The position numbers and the translations under genes were made by a program. The notes under the pieces are model-generated. The model had not been told where the DNA came from and searched no databases. It was given only the letters and a program-made list of their open reading frames with translations. Source: an uncultured Gammaproteobacteria bacterium (GTDB lineage Bacteria; Patescibacteriota; Microgenomatia; UBA8517). Taken from it: a stretch of DNA of 64,000 nucleotides. The DNA is taken from positions 6,459 through 70,458 of the forward strand of contig CAZBTH010000004.1 in the NCBI GenBank assembly GCA_964494885.1, written 5' to 3'. Numbering within the stretch: the stretch's first letter is position 1; every line of letters begins with the position of its first letter. Shown in pieces: positions 17,391 through 26,502 of the stretch.

Positions 17391-18416
17391 CTATTTAGTA
17401 ACAGACACTCTTTTAGAATTGATATAGGCCATCATAAGGTTGTCAACTGGCAGGGTCCAAGTTATCTTTCCATCTTCGATAGGGATGCTACTAGTCATAT
17501 ACAAACTCAGGGGGTATTTGAGTCTATTATCCATAATCATGCCTGTGTAATCTTCGGGGACTGGTTTCAACTTACAGATATTAATCAACCACCGGTCAAA
17601 GACATCAAATTCAGTAACAACTTCTGGATTTAATGCCTTCCGATTTAATTTATCTAGAACGTCTGGATTGTCTATTTCGTGGTTATAAGTACTCAGTATC
17701 ACAATTGCAGGATCTGACTTTTTAACAGCCTCAAATACTTTTTTCCAATTTTCAAACCCGTTTGTACCAAAAATTGGGCCAGGATGCCTGAGTATTACTA
17801 TATCCGATTTTTTACGATGTAAAAATAGAGACGCGTCTACGTTAGACATGAAGTTACAAGTAGACCCAACTTTCGATAAAAGTTTTTCCAAACCAATAAA
17901 TTGCTTTTCTTGTCCTGTCGGGCCTGTATCAATGGCAGTTATATCTACCGGAATTTTTTGCTCATTAAAAAACCTTAATATTCCACCTATTTCAAAGCCC
18001 AAATGGGCACCGGGTAAGGCAATAGAAACCCGGCCTTGTTTTGTGTGTGTCACAATATCCACTTTTGGACCCATTCTCATAATCATTTCGTTCAACTCAC
18101 AAAACCATTTTTGTGATGTAGCCCTGGCCATTTCTGCCAGATTTATATCAGCGATCTCTTTTGCATCTACTTTTTTTACTGCAATTTCCATCGGATGTTC
18201 TTCAAGTGCGTGGTTTCTCATCAAACCTTCGAAAGCAGAATATTTACTCATGTTGTGACTCAAATAGACTCTTTGCGCTTCTAATACCAATAAGGGGTCA
18301 GTTTTATAATGAGGTTGAATTTCGGCCTTCTCTTGTCTTGAAACTATGCGGGGATAAACAATAACGTCAGCTACATTTATTTGCTCCGTTTTAAACACAA
18401 CTGGTGAATTTTCCAT
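17391..18416 (-). CDS. Hypothetical protein (possibly methyltransferase-like fold)
   Basis: 341-aa ORF; PGAHLG...ITAID weakly recalls a SAM-binding region. Confidence 0.65.
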   Translation of the reverse strand: MENSPVVFKTEQINVADVIVYPRIVSRQEKAEIQPHYKTDPLLVLEAQRVYLSHNMSKYSAFEGLMRNHALEEHPMEIAVKKVDAKEIADINLAEMARATSQKWFCELNEMIMRMGPKVDIVTHTKQGRVSIALPGAHLGFEIGGILRFFNEQKIPVDITAIDTGPTGQEKQFIGLEKLLSKVGSTCNFMSNVDASLFLHRKKSDIVILRHPGPIFGTNGFENWKKVFEAVKKSDPAIVILSTYNHEIDNPDVLDKLNRKALNPEVVTEFDVFDRWLINICKLKPVPEDYTGMIMDNRLKYPLSLYMTSSIPIEDGKITWTLPVDNLMMAYINSKRVSVTK

Positions 18417-18419
18417 ATA

Positions 18420-18908
18420 CTAGATGTACCCAGGCAAGAGTAAATAGATACCCAATACCCAAACCGTGGAAAATAAAAACATATAGATCTCTGGGTTTTT
18501 GGCATCCTGTTTGATTTGAAATAAATGAGAGATACTATATTTGTAAAATGGAATCAGAAATGCCCCAATACTTGTAAGTACAAAATAACATATTCCTAAA
18601 TATAGATGAACTTTCATGAACAACTGTTCTGTAATTATCGATGCAAGTAAACCGGACAGCGATCCTGCAAAAAATACCCAAAAGATCACAAATGGAATCT
18701 GCAAAGTTCCTACTACATACCAAACGAACACGACTTGCAGAACCATGATCAACAATAGACCAAAGTTAAATATCCGACCATATACCTTATGGGCACCAAA
18801 ATCACTAAATGCTTGAATATTAACTAGTCCGAATTTTATCCAAGGAATAATAACCAAAAGCCCCCACATCAAGACGATTCCCAACAGTCCCGAGTAATGA
18901 ATAAACAC
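18420..18908 (-). CDS. Membrane protein (DUF998-like)
   Basis: AFSDFG...FNFG, conserved His, several TMs. Confidence 0.55.
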   Translation of the reverse strand: MFIHYSGLLGIVLMWGLLVIIPWIKFGLVNIQAFSDFGAHKVYGRIFNFGLLLIMVLQVVFVWYVVGTLQIPFVIFWVFFAGSLSGLLASIITEQLFMKVHLYLGICYFVLTSIGAFLIPFYKYSISHLFQIKQDAKNPEIYMFLFSTVWVLGIYLLLPGYI

Positions 18909-18931
18909 GTGTTAAGTATATAATAATCAAA

Positions 18932-19843
18932 ATGCCTAAACAGTATCCAATCGACATCAGACAAACATACAATTATGCAGAGTTTCTTAAATCGGAGGGG
19001 TGGATTGTTGAAAGAATAGACAACATAAATTATTTTATCCGCAAGTTTCCGATTGTGGGATCCATACTAAAACTTCAGCGGCCTAAAACTATCAATTACC
19101 AATTCATCGATGAATTGGTAAAGAGATATAGAGTTTTTCATTTGATAATTGAGCCCTTAAATGAACTTCAAGCAGAATCTTTGTCTCAAAATGGATTCAA
19201 ATTGTCAAAAAGCCCGTATTTACCGTCCAAAACGCTACAAATTGACTTGACCCAGTCAAGAGAAAAAATCTACGCAAATTTTACAAAAGATTGCAAATAT
19301 GCAATTCGAAAGGCCGAAGGTCCTGAGCGAAGTCGAAGGAGGGGAGGGGTTTTCATAAAAGAATACTTAACCCCCGATGAAATTAAAAAGTGGCGTGAAG
19401 CGTGGAAAAATTCTGTTAAATTTGATAGATATGTGCCAGGCGCCGAGCAACTTTTAAACATCAAAAAAAGTTTTCCACAAAACGGTTCTCTTTTCCTTGC
19501 GTCGCACAATATTTCTGGCAGAATTATAGGAGGAGCGCTTTTCACGGTCTCTTCACACGATGTATCAAACTATATCACTTACTATTGGTATGGATTTACG
19601 AATAAGGAAGGCCGCACTTCCCTCTCCCAGTACTCTCTCCTCTATCAAGGTATACTATGGGCTAAAAGAATGGGTTGTAAAGTTTTTGATTTTGGGGGAA
19701 TTTATGATGACCGCTTCCCAAATAAATCCTGGCTCGGCTTTACTCATTTCAAGAAGTCTTTCGGAGGTCTCGAAGTTCCCTACCCCGGGGCCTATACTAA
19801 AAATGTGCTATTATTTGGGCTGTGGAACAGCAAGAGACAGTGA
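18932..19843 (+). CDS. Second FemABX/GNAT-family aminoacyltransferase
   Basis: IRQT, TLQIDL, KYAIRKA, FDFGG, FTHFKKSFGG. Confidence 0.85.
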   Translation: MPKQYPIDIRQTYNYAEFLKSEGWIVERIDNINYFIRKFPIVGSILKLQRPKTINYQFIDELVKRYRVFHLIIEPLNELQAESLSQNGFKLSKSPYLPSKTLQIDLTQSREKIYANFTKDCKYAIRKAEGPERSRRRGGVFIKEYLTPDEIKKWREAWKNSVKFDRYVPGAEQLLNIKKSFPQNGSLFLASHNISGRIIGGALFTVSSHDVSNYITYYWYGFTNKEGRTSLSQYSLLYQGILWAKRMGCKVFDFGGIYDDRFPNKSWLGFTHFKKSFGGLEVPYPGAYTKNVLLFGLWNSKRQ

Positions 19844-20181
19844 CTAGCGATACAGAAAAAGCGAAAAGATTGGCCAGAAAAACATTCGGAAATCTCTTAA
19901 ACGAATCTCGTTGGATGAGAGCAGATGGCGAAGACCACTGTGCAAAATGCTGGGAAGAATATCTGAAGCTCTTCGGGGAAGACGAGCGTGTTAGGATCGC
20001 TGATGATTCGATCAGAACCGCACAAATGTTGACAAGTGCCCCAGATACATTAAGGGCAAGTGACGGTTGGTATGCTTCATGCCAAGGATCCGAACACTTG
20101 AAATCTTGCCCGGATAAAGCAAGTGTTTTTGTTTCCGACGACTTGTTGACAATTGAGGTTAATGGAAAAAAACAAGTTTAA
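19822..20181 (+). CDS. Hypothetical protein with CxxC
   Basis: HCAKC and two further Cys; GTG start. Confidence 0.55.
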   Translation: MEQQETVTSDTEKAKRLARKTFGNLLNESRWMRADGEDHCAKCWEEYLKLFGEDERVRIADDSIRTAQMLTSAPDTLRASDGWYASCQGSEHLKSCPDKASVFVSDDLLTIEVNGKKQV

Positions 20182-20188
20182 TCATCAC

Positions 20189-20216
20189 CACTTAAATACT
20201 GTACAGTATTTAAGTG
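20189..20216. repeat. Perfect 28-bp palindrome CACTTAAATAC-TGTACA-GTATTTAAGTG
   Basis: Read directly; 7 nt after the stop codon. Confidence 0.9.
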
Positions 20217-20265
20217 CCTATCAAAAACTTACATTTTTCCAGCCAAATAAGTAATAATATTAATC

Positions 20266-20766
20266 ATGGATTTAGAGGAAGAGATCAAAAAACTCAAAGA
20301 AAAAGGGCCCGATAACCCATTGCCCCAGTCGAAAATGGCAGCCATTCTCGCCTCTACTCTGGACCAGGCCGCAACACAGTGGGCTTTTAAAACTTATTGG
20401 GATAGGAAGTTTCTTAAACTTGCCAAAATAGATTCTCTAAATCAAACAGAAAAAGATAGAGTTTTTAATGAATTGATTCTTGCCCCTGAAATCTTAATCA
20501 AGGCTGCCTGTCAAATTTGGAATAATGAAGAAGTAAATACGACCCTCCCCCCATTTGCCATTGCCGTACTTTGCCATAAACACATCTTAAGGAGTAAAAC
20601 AAAGGGGAAAGATTTACTTTTTAAGCTTATTTTTAAAAATCTTGGACGTTTTTATACAGACACCCTGATCACAATTGGACAAGGAAAGATAAAAACTTCA
20701 ACAAAAATTAAAATAAAACTCAGACATTTGGCGAACGACTTTAAAGAAAATTTTGATAAAAACTAA
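20266..20766 (+). CDS. Hypothetical protein bracketed by two 28-bp palindromes
   Basis: 166-aa ORF. Confidence 0.6.
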   Translation: MDLEEEIKKLKEKGPDNPLPQSKMAAILASTLDQAATQWAFKTYWDRKFLKLAKIDSLNQTEKDRVFNELILAPEILIKAACQIWNNEEVNTTLPPFAIAVLCHKHILRSKTKGKDLLFKLIFKNLGRFYTDTLITIGQGKIKTSTKIKIKLRHLANDFKENFDKN

Positions 20767-20773
20767 GCCTAAT

Positions 20774-20801
20774 TACTTAATTACTATACAGTATTGAAGT
20801 G
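20774..20801. repeat. Degenerate copy of the 28-bp palindrome
   Basis: TACTTAATTAC-TATACA-GTATTGAAGTG, 24/28 to the 20189 copy. Confidence 0.8.
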
Positions 20802-20857
20802 GCCGATCTCCAACTAATTGCATTTAAGTAGAAATCAGCATGATTGCTTTCAAATAA

Positions 20858-23833
20858 CTACTGGTCTGATTTACAAAACATTGAAAACTCACACTTACCC
20901 TGACAGAAAAAGTTGTTGTTGCATTTAAAATCGGAGTTTTCGATTTTGTCGCGAATCTCAAGAATTTCTTCTTTCACTTTTTCTAATTGTTCAACGGTTC
21001 TTGTTGTCGTAATTTTTTCTTGTGTATCCAAATAATAAAGTGAGAGTTTAATATCTTCCGGATTTATCTTGCGGATAGAGCTCATTGCCAGCGCGTAGAA
21101 AGAAAGTTGTAAATCTTTATCAACTTCTTTTTGTGTTGGGATATTGGCGCCGGTTTTATAATCAATGATTTCTATTCGTCCTCCACCCAAGTCATCAACC
21201 CTGTCGATTGTTCCACCGATCCGTAAGGATCGTCCTGAACTCGTTTCAGGACCTAATGGTAAAACAAATTTTTCCTCAAGTAAAATAGTTTTTGTTTTTG
21301 GATTGTATCCATTCTTTAGAAAACCAAGAAGATATCCCTCGCCCTTCTTGTAAAATTCTGCTTTGTGTTTTTTATTTAAATATCCTTCTTCGAGGAAAGA
21401 TTCTTTATATATTTCAATCAATCTTTCCGAAGAACCCCTCGAAGCCTTGCGCGAAGTGGGGCTTGATTGCATTTCCTGATAAAACTTCTTTAAGGTCTCG
21501 TGTATCGATACACCAAAACTTGATGACGCTGAAGGTTTTGTAGGAAGTTTGTAAATATATTTTAATTTATAATGCAATGGACATGTTTGAAATGTTTCGA
21601 CCTGAGAAACTGACAAGTAATCTATTTTTGGTATCTTGTAGCTAGTAGTTGGTAGTAAGGTTTTTGCCGTCTGGTTCTCAATTCTGTTTGTCTTGCTAAC
21701 TACCAACTCCTTACCACTTGCTACGTCTGCCCCCAAGGTCTCAAAAACGAACGGCGAAATTTTCTTCTTCCTCTTCGCTTCTCCGTAAAAATCCGCCGCA
21801 CTAAAGTACAATTTTTCCTTTGCCCTTGTCATCCCCACATAGAAAAGTCTTCGCTCCTCCTGCAAATGAAAATCACCCAGTGGCAAAACTTCTTTTATTA
21901 ATTCTTGTGGAATCGGTATTTGTTCATGGCGTTCGCGTCCAGGAAATCTTTCCCCTACCAGATTGACCAAAAACACGACGGGAAATTCAAGGCCTTTCGA
22001 AGAATGAACTGTCAAGATATTTACGGCGTTATTTTCCTGCCAATCCCCGTCTGTTACATTCGGGCTCTCCCCCATCTCAATTAACAAGTCAATATAATCG
22101 ACAACTGCCGTAACTCCCGCATCTTTGACCGAATCCTCGTATGTCTTTATCTTCTCAAATAACTTGGCGATGTTTTTCGCTTTAATATCCTCTGAATTTT
22201 CTACCAACTTTTGTAGCAACCCAACTTCCTGAATGTAGTCATAAAGTATTTCTCCAGCGGTTTGTTTCTTAAGTAATTTAAGATGCTTATCTATTATTGA
22301 TAATAATTTTCGAATCACTTCTATATCTTTATCGATAAAGATTCGCCCTTCCGAAGCCTTTGGCGAAGGAGGGTTGATCGTTTCTTGTGCAACTTCAAAA
22401 AACGACAAACTTCGCTTTTTTGCGGCGGATGAAATTTTAATAAGTTCCAATGGGGATATATCAAAAATGTCGGACGATAATAATCTATAAAAAGACTCAT
22501 TATCCTCCGGGTTATATAAAACCTTAAGATACGAAATTAGATCCAATATTTCTTCTTTTTCAAATAAATTGCTTGGTCCTAAAAATTGGTTTGGTATCCC
22601 TTGCCTTTCCAGCTCCCGAATAAATGGATCGGCGTGATTATTTGCTCGCACCAAAATCGCGATATCCGAAAAGTTGTAGCTAGTAGCACGTAGTTTGTAG
22701 CTAGGATTTGTTAATTTTGATATTTCTTCAACCACCCTAACTGCTTCATCACCCACATTTCCTGTATGAAAAAACTCTATGTTGTTTTTACTAGCTACTA
22801 GCTGCTTATTACTAGCTACTAATTTCTTATTGATTCCCTCCACCACCTCCAATCTGTCCGGATTGTTGTGTTGAATTAAATCGTACGCTCTATCTAAAAT
22901 TTCTTGAGTCGAACGGTAATTTTTAGTCAGTACTATTATCCGAGTTTTTGGGAAAAACTTCCTGAATTGAACAATATTTGACACTGCTGCGCCACGGAAA
23001 CGGTAAATGCTTTGATCATCATCCCCAACCGCTGTGATGTTTTCGTTTTTCCCCGCAAGAAGAATAGCTAACTGGTTTTGGGCAAAGTTCGTATCTTGGA
23101 ATTCATCAATCAAAACATATTTAAACTTGTCCTGAATTTGTTTCAGGATGTTGGGCCGCTCCCTAAACAGTTTAATCGTGTTTGTTATCAAGTCTCCAAA
23201 GTCTGAAAAATTATCTCTAATTTTGATTTGGTTATATTTAAAATATGCTCTTGAAAGTTCGTCTTGCTTTTTAAAATCCGATTTTTCATCCTCCGAAGCC
23301 TTGGCGAAGGAGGACATTACGTTTTTTGAGTATTTGAGATATTCCTCCGGAGTTACACATTCATCCTGCAGTCTACTAAAGTGTTGCAAAAGTCCATCAA
23401 TAAACTTATTTGGATTTCCAAGTGGTCTGAAATAATCCAAGTCTAATTCGAATAGATTTTTACGGACCAAATCAATCGCCTGCGCCTCTGTCATCAATTT
23501 ATATGATGGGGATAGTCCAATGTGAATTGCGTTGTCACGGAGAATTGCATCGCAGAAAGAATGGAAAGTCATAACCCACATTTGGGTATAACCATAAGGC
23601 ATCGCAACATCAATCCTTTCTTCCATTTCTTTGGCCCCTTTTTCTGTGAAGGTTAGCGCCAATATTTCCTCGGGTTTGGCCAACCCGCTCATTATTAAGT
23701 GTTTTACACGCTCGGAAATTACGGTCGTCTTCCCTGTCCCGGCTCCAGCAATAATAAGAAGTGGTCCATTACCAAATTTTATTGCCTCTTGCTGTTCTTT
23801 GTTTAACTTCAAATCAGAAATATCTTTGGACAC
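20858..23833 (-). CDS. UvrD-family helicase fused to a C-terminal PD-(D/E)XK nuclease (AdnAB/AddAB-like)
   Basis: AGAGTGKT, DEFQDTN, HSSKGLEF; GTIDRVD, IIDYKTG, QLSFYA; TCP plus C-terminal Cys cluster. Confidence 0.9.
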   Translation of the reverse strand: MSKDISDLKLNKEQQEAIKFGNGPLLIIAGAGTGKTTVISERVKHLIMSGLAKPEEILALTFTEKGAKEMEERIDVAMPYGYTQMWVMTFHSFCDAILRDNAIHIGLSPSYKLMTEAQAIDLVRKNLFELDLDYFRPLGNPNKFIDGLLQHFSRLQDECVTPEEYLKYSKNVMSSFAKASEDEKSDFKKQDELSRAYFKYNQIKIRDNFSDFGDLITNTIKLFRERPNILKQIQDKFKYVLIDEFQDTNFAQNQLAILLAGKNENITAVGDDDQSIYRFRGAAVSNIVQFRKFFPKTRIIVLTKNYRSTQEILDRAYDLIQHNNPDRLEVVEGINKKLVASNKQLVASKNNIEFFHTGNVGDEAVRVVEEISKLTNPSYKLRATSYNFSDIAILVRANNHADPFIRELERQGIPNQFLGPSNLFEKEEILDLISYLKVLYNPEDNESFYRLLSSDIFDISPLELIKISSAAKKRSLSFFEVAQETINPPSPKASEGRIFIDKDIEVIRKLLSIIDKHLKLLKKQTAGEILYDYIQEVGLLQKLVENSEDIKAKNIAKLFEKIKTYEDSVKDAGVTAVVDYIDLLIEMGESPNVTDGDWQENNAVNILTVHSSKGLEFPVVFLVNLVGERFPGRERHEQIPIPQELIKEVLPLGDFHLQEERRLFYVGMTRAKEKLYFSAADFYGEAKRKKKISPFVFETLGADVASGKELVVSKTNRIENQTAKTLLPTTSYKIPKIDYLSVSQVETFQTCPLHYKLKYIYKLPTKPSASSSFGVSIHETLKKFYQEMQSSPTSRKASRGSSERLIEIYKESFLEEGYLNKKHKAEFYKKGEGYLLGFLKNGYNPKTKTILLEEKFVLPLGPETSSGRSLRIGGTIDRVDDLGGGRIEIIDYKTGANIPTQKEVDKDLQLSFYALAMSSIRKINPEDIKLSLYYLDTQEKITTTRTVEQLEKVKEEILEIRDKIENSDFKCNNNFFCQGKCEFSMFCKSDQ

Positions 23834-23906
23834 AGTCGCATTTTAACAGAAAAGTATTATATAATCCGAGTCGTAAGCACCTTGTCAGCAAAAAAAGGAG
23901 AACGAA

Positions 23907-24362
23907 ATGACAAAAGTTTCAACGTTGATTAACGCAACCCACAAGGACCCCTCCGTTATTTACAGCGTGGGTCCAAAGACTCTGGTTTCGGAAGCATCTG
24001 CGCTGATGGAAGAAAAGAACATCGGAGCGCTTCTGGTAATGGATGGAAAGACTCTATTGGGGATAGTAACCGAGCGTGATATTACCCGCAAGGTTGCAAA
24101 ATACCCCCGGGTGAACTCCGGTGTTATTAAAGTATCGGCCGTGATGACTGCAAACCCGGAGACAATAACTCCGAACACCCAACTGATCGATTGCATGGAA
24201 CTGATGAAAGAAAGAGGATTCCGTCACGTACCCGTAATTGATAACGGTGAAGTTGTCGGCATCGTCTCCATGCGAGACGTCCTGATTGCCTTGGTGCGCT
24301 ATCAAGAATTGGTTGCACAGAACCTTCAAGATTACATCACGGGTTCCGTCTACCGCGGGTAA
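23907..24362 (+). CDS. CBS-domain protein
   Basis: IGALLV...GIVTERD, FRHVPV...GIVSMRD; AGGAG RBS. Confidence 0.92.
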   Translation: MTKVSTLINATHKDPSVIYSVGPKTLVSEASALMEEKNIGALLVMDGKTLLGIVTERDITRKVAKYPRVNSGVIKVSAVMTANPETITPNTQLIDCMELMKERGFRHVPVIDNGEVVGIVSMRDVLIALVRYQELVAQNLQDYITGSVYRG

Positions 24363-24369
24363 CAACCCA

Positions 24370-24422
24370 AACCAGCCTCTTTCATTTTTGAAAGTTAAAA
24401 ATGAAATGCTGGTTATTTTTTT
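24370..24422 (+). terminator. Probable intrinsic terminator of the CBS gene
   Basis: aaccagc..tttcattttt / aaaaatgaaa.gctggtt stem followed by a T tract. Confidence 0.6.
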
Positions 24423-24435
24423 GCCTATCACAACC

Positions 24436-24467
24436 GCCCCCGCCGACAATCGTTTGCCGGCGAGGGC
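24436..24467 (-). terminator. GC-rich hairpin downstream of the convergent gene
   Basis: gcccccgccgacaa / ttgccggcgagggc. Confidence 0.45.
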
Positions 24468-24482
24468 CAAATATTTGACCTT

Positions 24483-25007
24483 TCAGCCTTTTATTGCTGA
24501 TTCTATTAAATCTTTTGGAAGAGAAGCTGTTGCCATCAAAGCATCCCTTACAGACTTACCGGCTTCTGAACCAACACCATCAGCCGCTTTTATCGCAGAG
24601 GTAACTGCTTCTTTGGTAGCTTCACCTGTATCTTTTCCAACCTTACCGACAGCTTCAATCGCTCCTTCGACTGCAGAAACCGCCACTTTACCAACATCTT
24701 CTCCGACTTCAGATGCAGCCACAACTGCTCCGGAAACTGCTTTACCGGAAGCTGAAATCACATCTCCCCCGGTTTCTGAAACGGCCGCAACCGCCGTTGA
24801 CACGGTATCGTGTACAGCGTCGAGAAGTGCAATGCCCATATCTTTCGCCGAAAGAACTCCGGCGGCGACGACATCGGAAACGTCTTTAGCGCTTCCAACA
24901 ATTTGTGTTTTTACACCATCACGAAGGGCAGATAAAACATCGGACGCACCCTTAAGTGTAGCGACCATCACACCTTTTATTTCGTTAACTATTGAACTTA
25001 ATGCCAT
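24483..25007 (-). CDS. Ala/Val/Gly-rich amphipathic repeat protein
   Basis: Repeating ~22-residue pattern, no aromatic residues; GGGTG RBS-like site. Confidence 0.75.
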   Translation of the reverse strand: MALSSIVNEIKGVMVATLKGASDVLSALRDGVKTQIVGSAKDVSDVVAAGVLSAKDMGIALLDAVHDTVSTAVAAVSETGGDVISASGKAVSGAVVAASEVGEDVGKVAVSAVEGAIEAVGKVGKDTGEATKEAVTSAIKAADGVGSEAGKSVRDALMATASLPKDLIESAIKG

Positions 25008-25108
25008 AAATATTTCACCCCCAATCTATTTTGTTACTAACTTGTTACTGTTTTGTAACGCTATATTAATTTAATATATTGGTAACCATGAAGTCAACTG
25101 GTTTATTT

Positions 25109-25417
25109 TTATTTGCTTTCAGATTCGTCAATTAACAACTTAAATTGTTCCCATATTTTGCCAATGTTTTCTTCATTCCACTCTCTTTTAGTCGAGTTTC
25201 TAACAAATTTTCTAATTTTATCTCGGCTTAACACACCATCAGTTGAAAACCGATCAAACGAATCCAAGACTCTTTTAAGCTGGTCGCGACCCGATTCATA
25301 ATCTAGTCTGTCCCACGTAACACCATCTATATTATTGTGAGTGGCTAAAGCATTTCTTGCTTCGTGTATAAACCAGTCAGTCAAATCTCTAGAACGCAAA
25401 TCGTCAAACTCTTCCAT
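25109..25417 (-). CDS. Hypothetical protein
   Basis: 102-aa ORF; DWFIHEARNALA weakly recalls a His-kinase H-box. Confidence 0.55.
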   Translation of the reverse strand: MEEFDDLRSRDLTDWFIHEARNALATHNNIDGVTWDRLDYESGRDQLKRVLDSFDRFSTDGVLSRDKIRKFVRNSTKREWNEENIGKIWEQFKLLIDESESK

Positions 25418-25496
25418 GTTTTTAATTAAGCAATAACTTTCGAATTTTTGGTCCAGACCTTGAAATTATTAAAAAAGCAAATCCAGTTTTGATTAA

Positions 25497-25883
25497 TCAT
25501 TTTTGTTCAATTATCTGTTTTAACTTCTTAAGTATATCCATTGTAAATGGCCCATCGAGCTCCCCTTCATCCATCCATTCATAATATACAAGTTCAGTTC
25601 GGTTATCGGGCTGTGGTACAAAAGTGTATTGAACGTGATAAGTACTACCAATTTTGTCAAATTTAAAAATTTTATTTACTTCAAACCTAGAAACCACGTA
25701 TTCTGACCAGCCAACCCCATCGCTGGTATTTTTATAAATAGTCCCTATTTTAACAGGCCATTCATTAGTAACTTCTTTAGAAATATTAGGAACCCACAAA
25801 TGTGTATTATTTGGATTCGTTGCAAATTCAAAAACTTCAGCAACTGGTTTATCTATAAAAATTTTTAATTTAAGATCTTTCAT
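25497..25883 (-). CDS. SRPBCC/START-fold protein
   Basis: IDKPVAEVFEF...N...W...GT pattern. Confidence 0.8.
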   Translation of the reverse strand: MKDLKLKIFIDKPVAEVFEFATNPNNTHLWVPNISKEVTNEWPVKIGTIYKNTSDGVGWSEYVVSRFEVNKIFKFDKIGSTYHVQYTFVPQPDNRTELVYYEWMDEGELDGPFTMDILKKLKQIIEQK

Positions 25884-25893
25884 TGTTCATAAA

Positions 25894-25921
25894 TACTTAA
25901 ATACTGTACAGTATTTAAGTG
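25894..25921. repeat. 28-bp palindrome, 27/28 to the 20189 copy
   Basis: TACTTAAATAC-TGTACA-GTATTTAAGTG; contains the stop codon of the MBL gene. Confidence 0.9.
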
Positions 25922-26502
25922 GAAACTTTAAACATTTTTCCGTGTCCTGGAATTATAAAGTGCGCTTTGGATAATACCAATTTTCTTGATGCAAGAAGCG
26001 CCTCTTTGTCATTAGCAAACGGGTCTTCTAAATTTAATAAATCATCCATATTATCCGATTTTTGTTTTCCATCCTCCCACCAGAAAACATCTGGACAAAT
26101 ACAAACCACACCATCTTCAGTTCTAATTAAAAGAGACGTATCTTCTGTGGCATGGCCTGGAGTTTTTAATATTTCTACTTCAACTTCCGGCAATTTCCCT
26201 TGATGAAAAATTTCTTGGTCCCCTCTCCAACAAATCTCGCCATCATAAATATCCAGATTTGGAAAAAGCCTGGTATTTAGCCAATGATCCGGATGATAGT
26301 GACTTATGTAAATAAAAGACAAATCACGTCCACCAATATTCTCTTTCTCTAGAGCTTTTAGAAGTTTTTCCCTACTTGTTCCCGGATCGACCAAAAACTT
26401 TTTTCCATTCGACCCAACTAGTGTGCATGTTGGACTGGCGGTATAACTTCCATCCTCATTTGGGTGTGCATACCCTTCAACCAATACTTTTACTCTATTC
26501 AT
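25915..26502 (-). CDS. Metallo-beta-lactamase-fold hydrolase
   Basis: LVDPG, SHYHPDH, TPGH, IIPGHG. Confidence 0.9.
   Translation of the reverse strand: MNRVKVLVEGYAHPNEDGSYTASPTCTLVGSNGKKFLVDPGTSREKLLKALEKENIGGRDLSFIYISHYHPDHWLNTRLFPNLDIYDGEICWRGDQEIFHQGKLPEVEVEILKTPGHATEDTSLLIRTEDGVVCICPDVFWWEDGKQKSDNMDDLLNLEDPFANDKEALLASRKLVLSKAHFIIPGHGKMFKVST

Noticed and set aside
20189-20216. LexA box or chromosomal dif
   Set aside because: CTGT and ACAG are adjacent rather than 8 nt apart; multiple copies near oriC do not fit a terminus dif
20858-21620. Cas4 gene
   Set aside because: The Cys-containing PD-(D/E)XK domain is fused to a UvrD helicase, as in AdnAB/AddAB-type repair enzymes
24286-25074. 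262-aa plus-strand ORF
   Set aside because: Antisense shadow of the low-complexity minus-strand gene; overlaps the CBS gene and terminators
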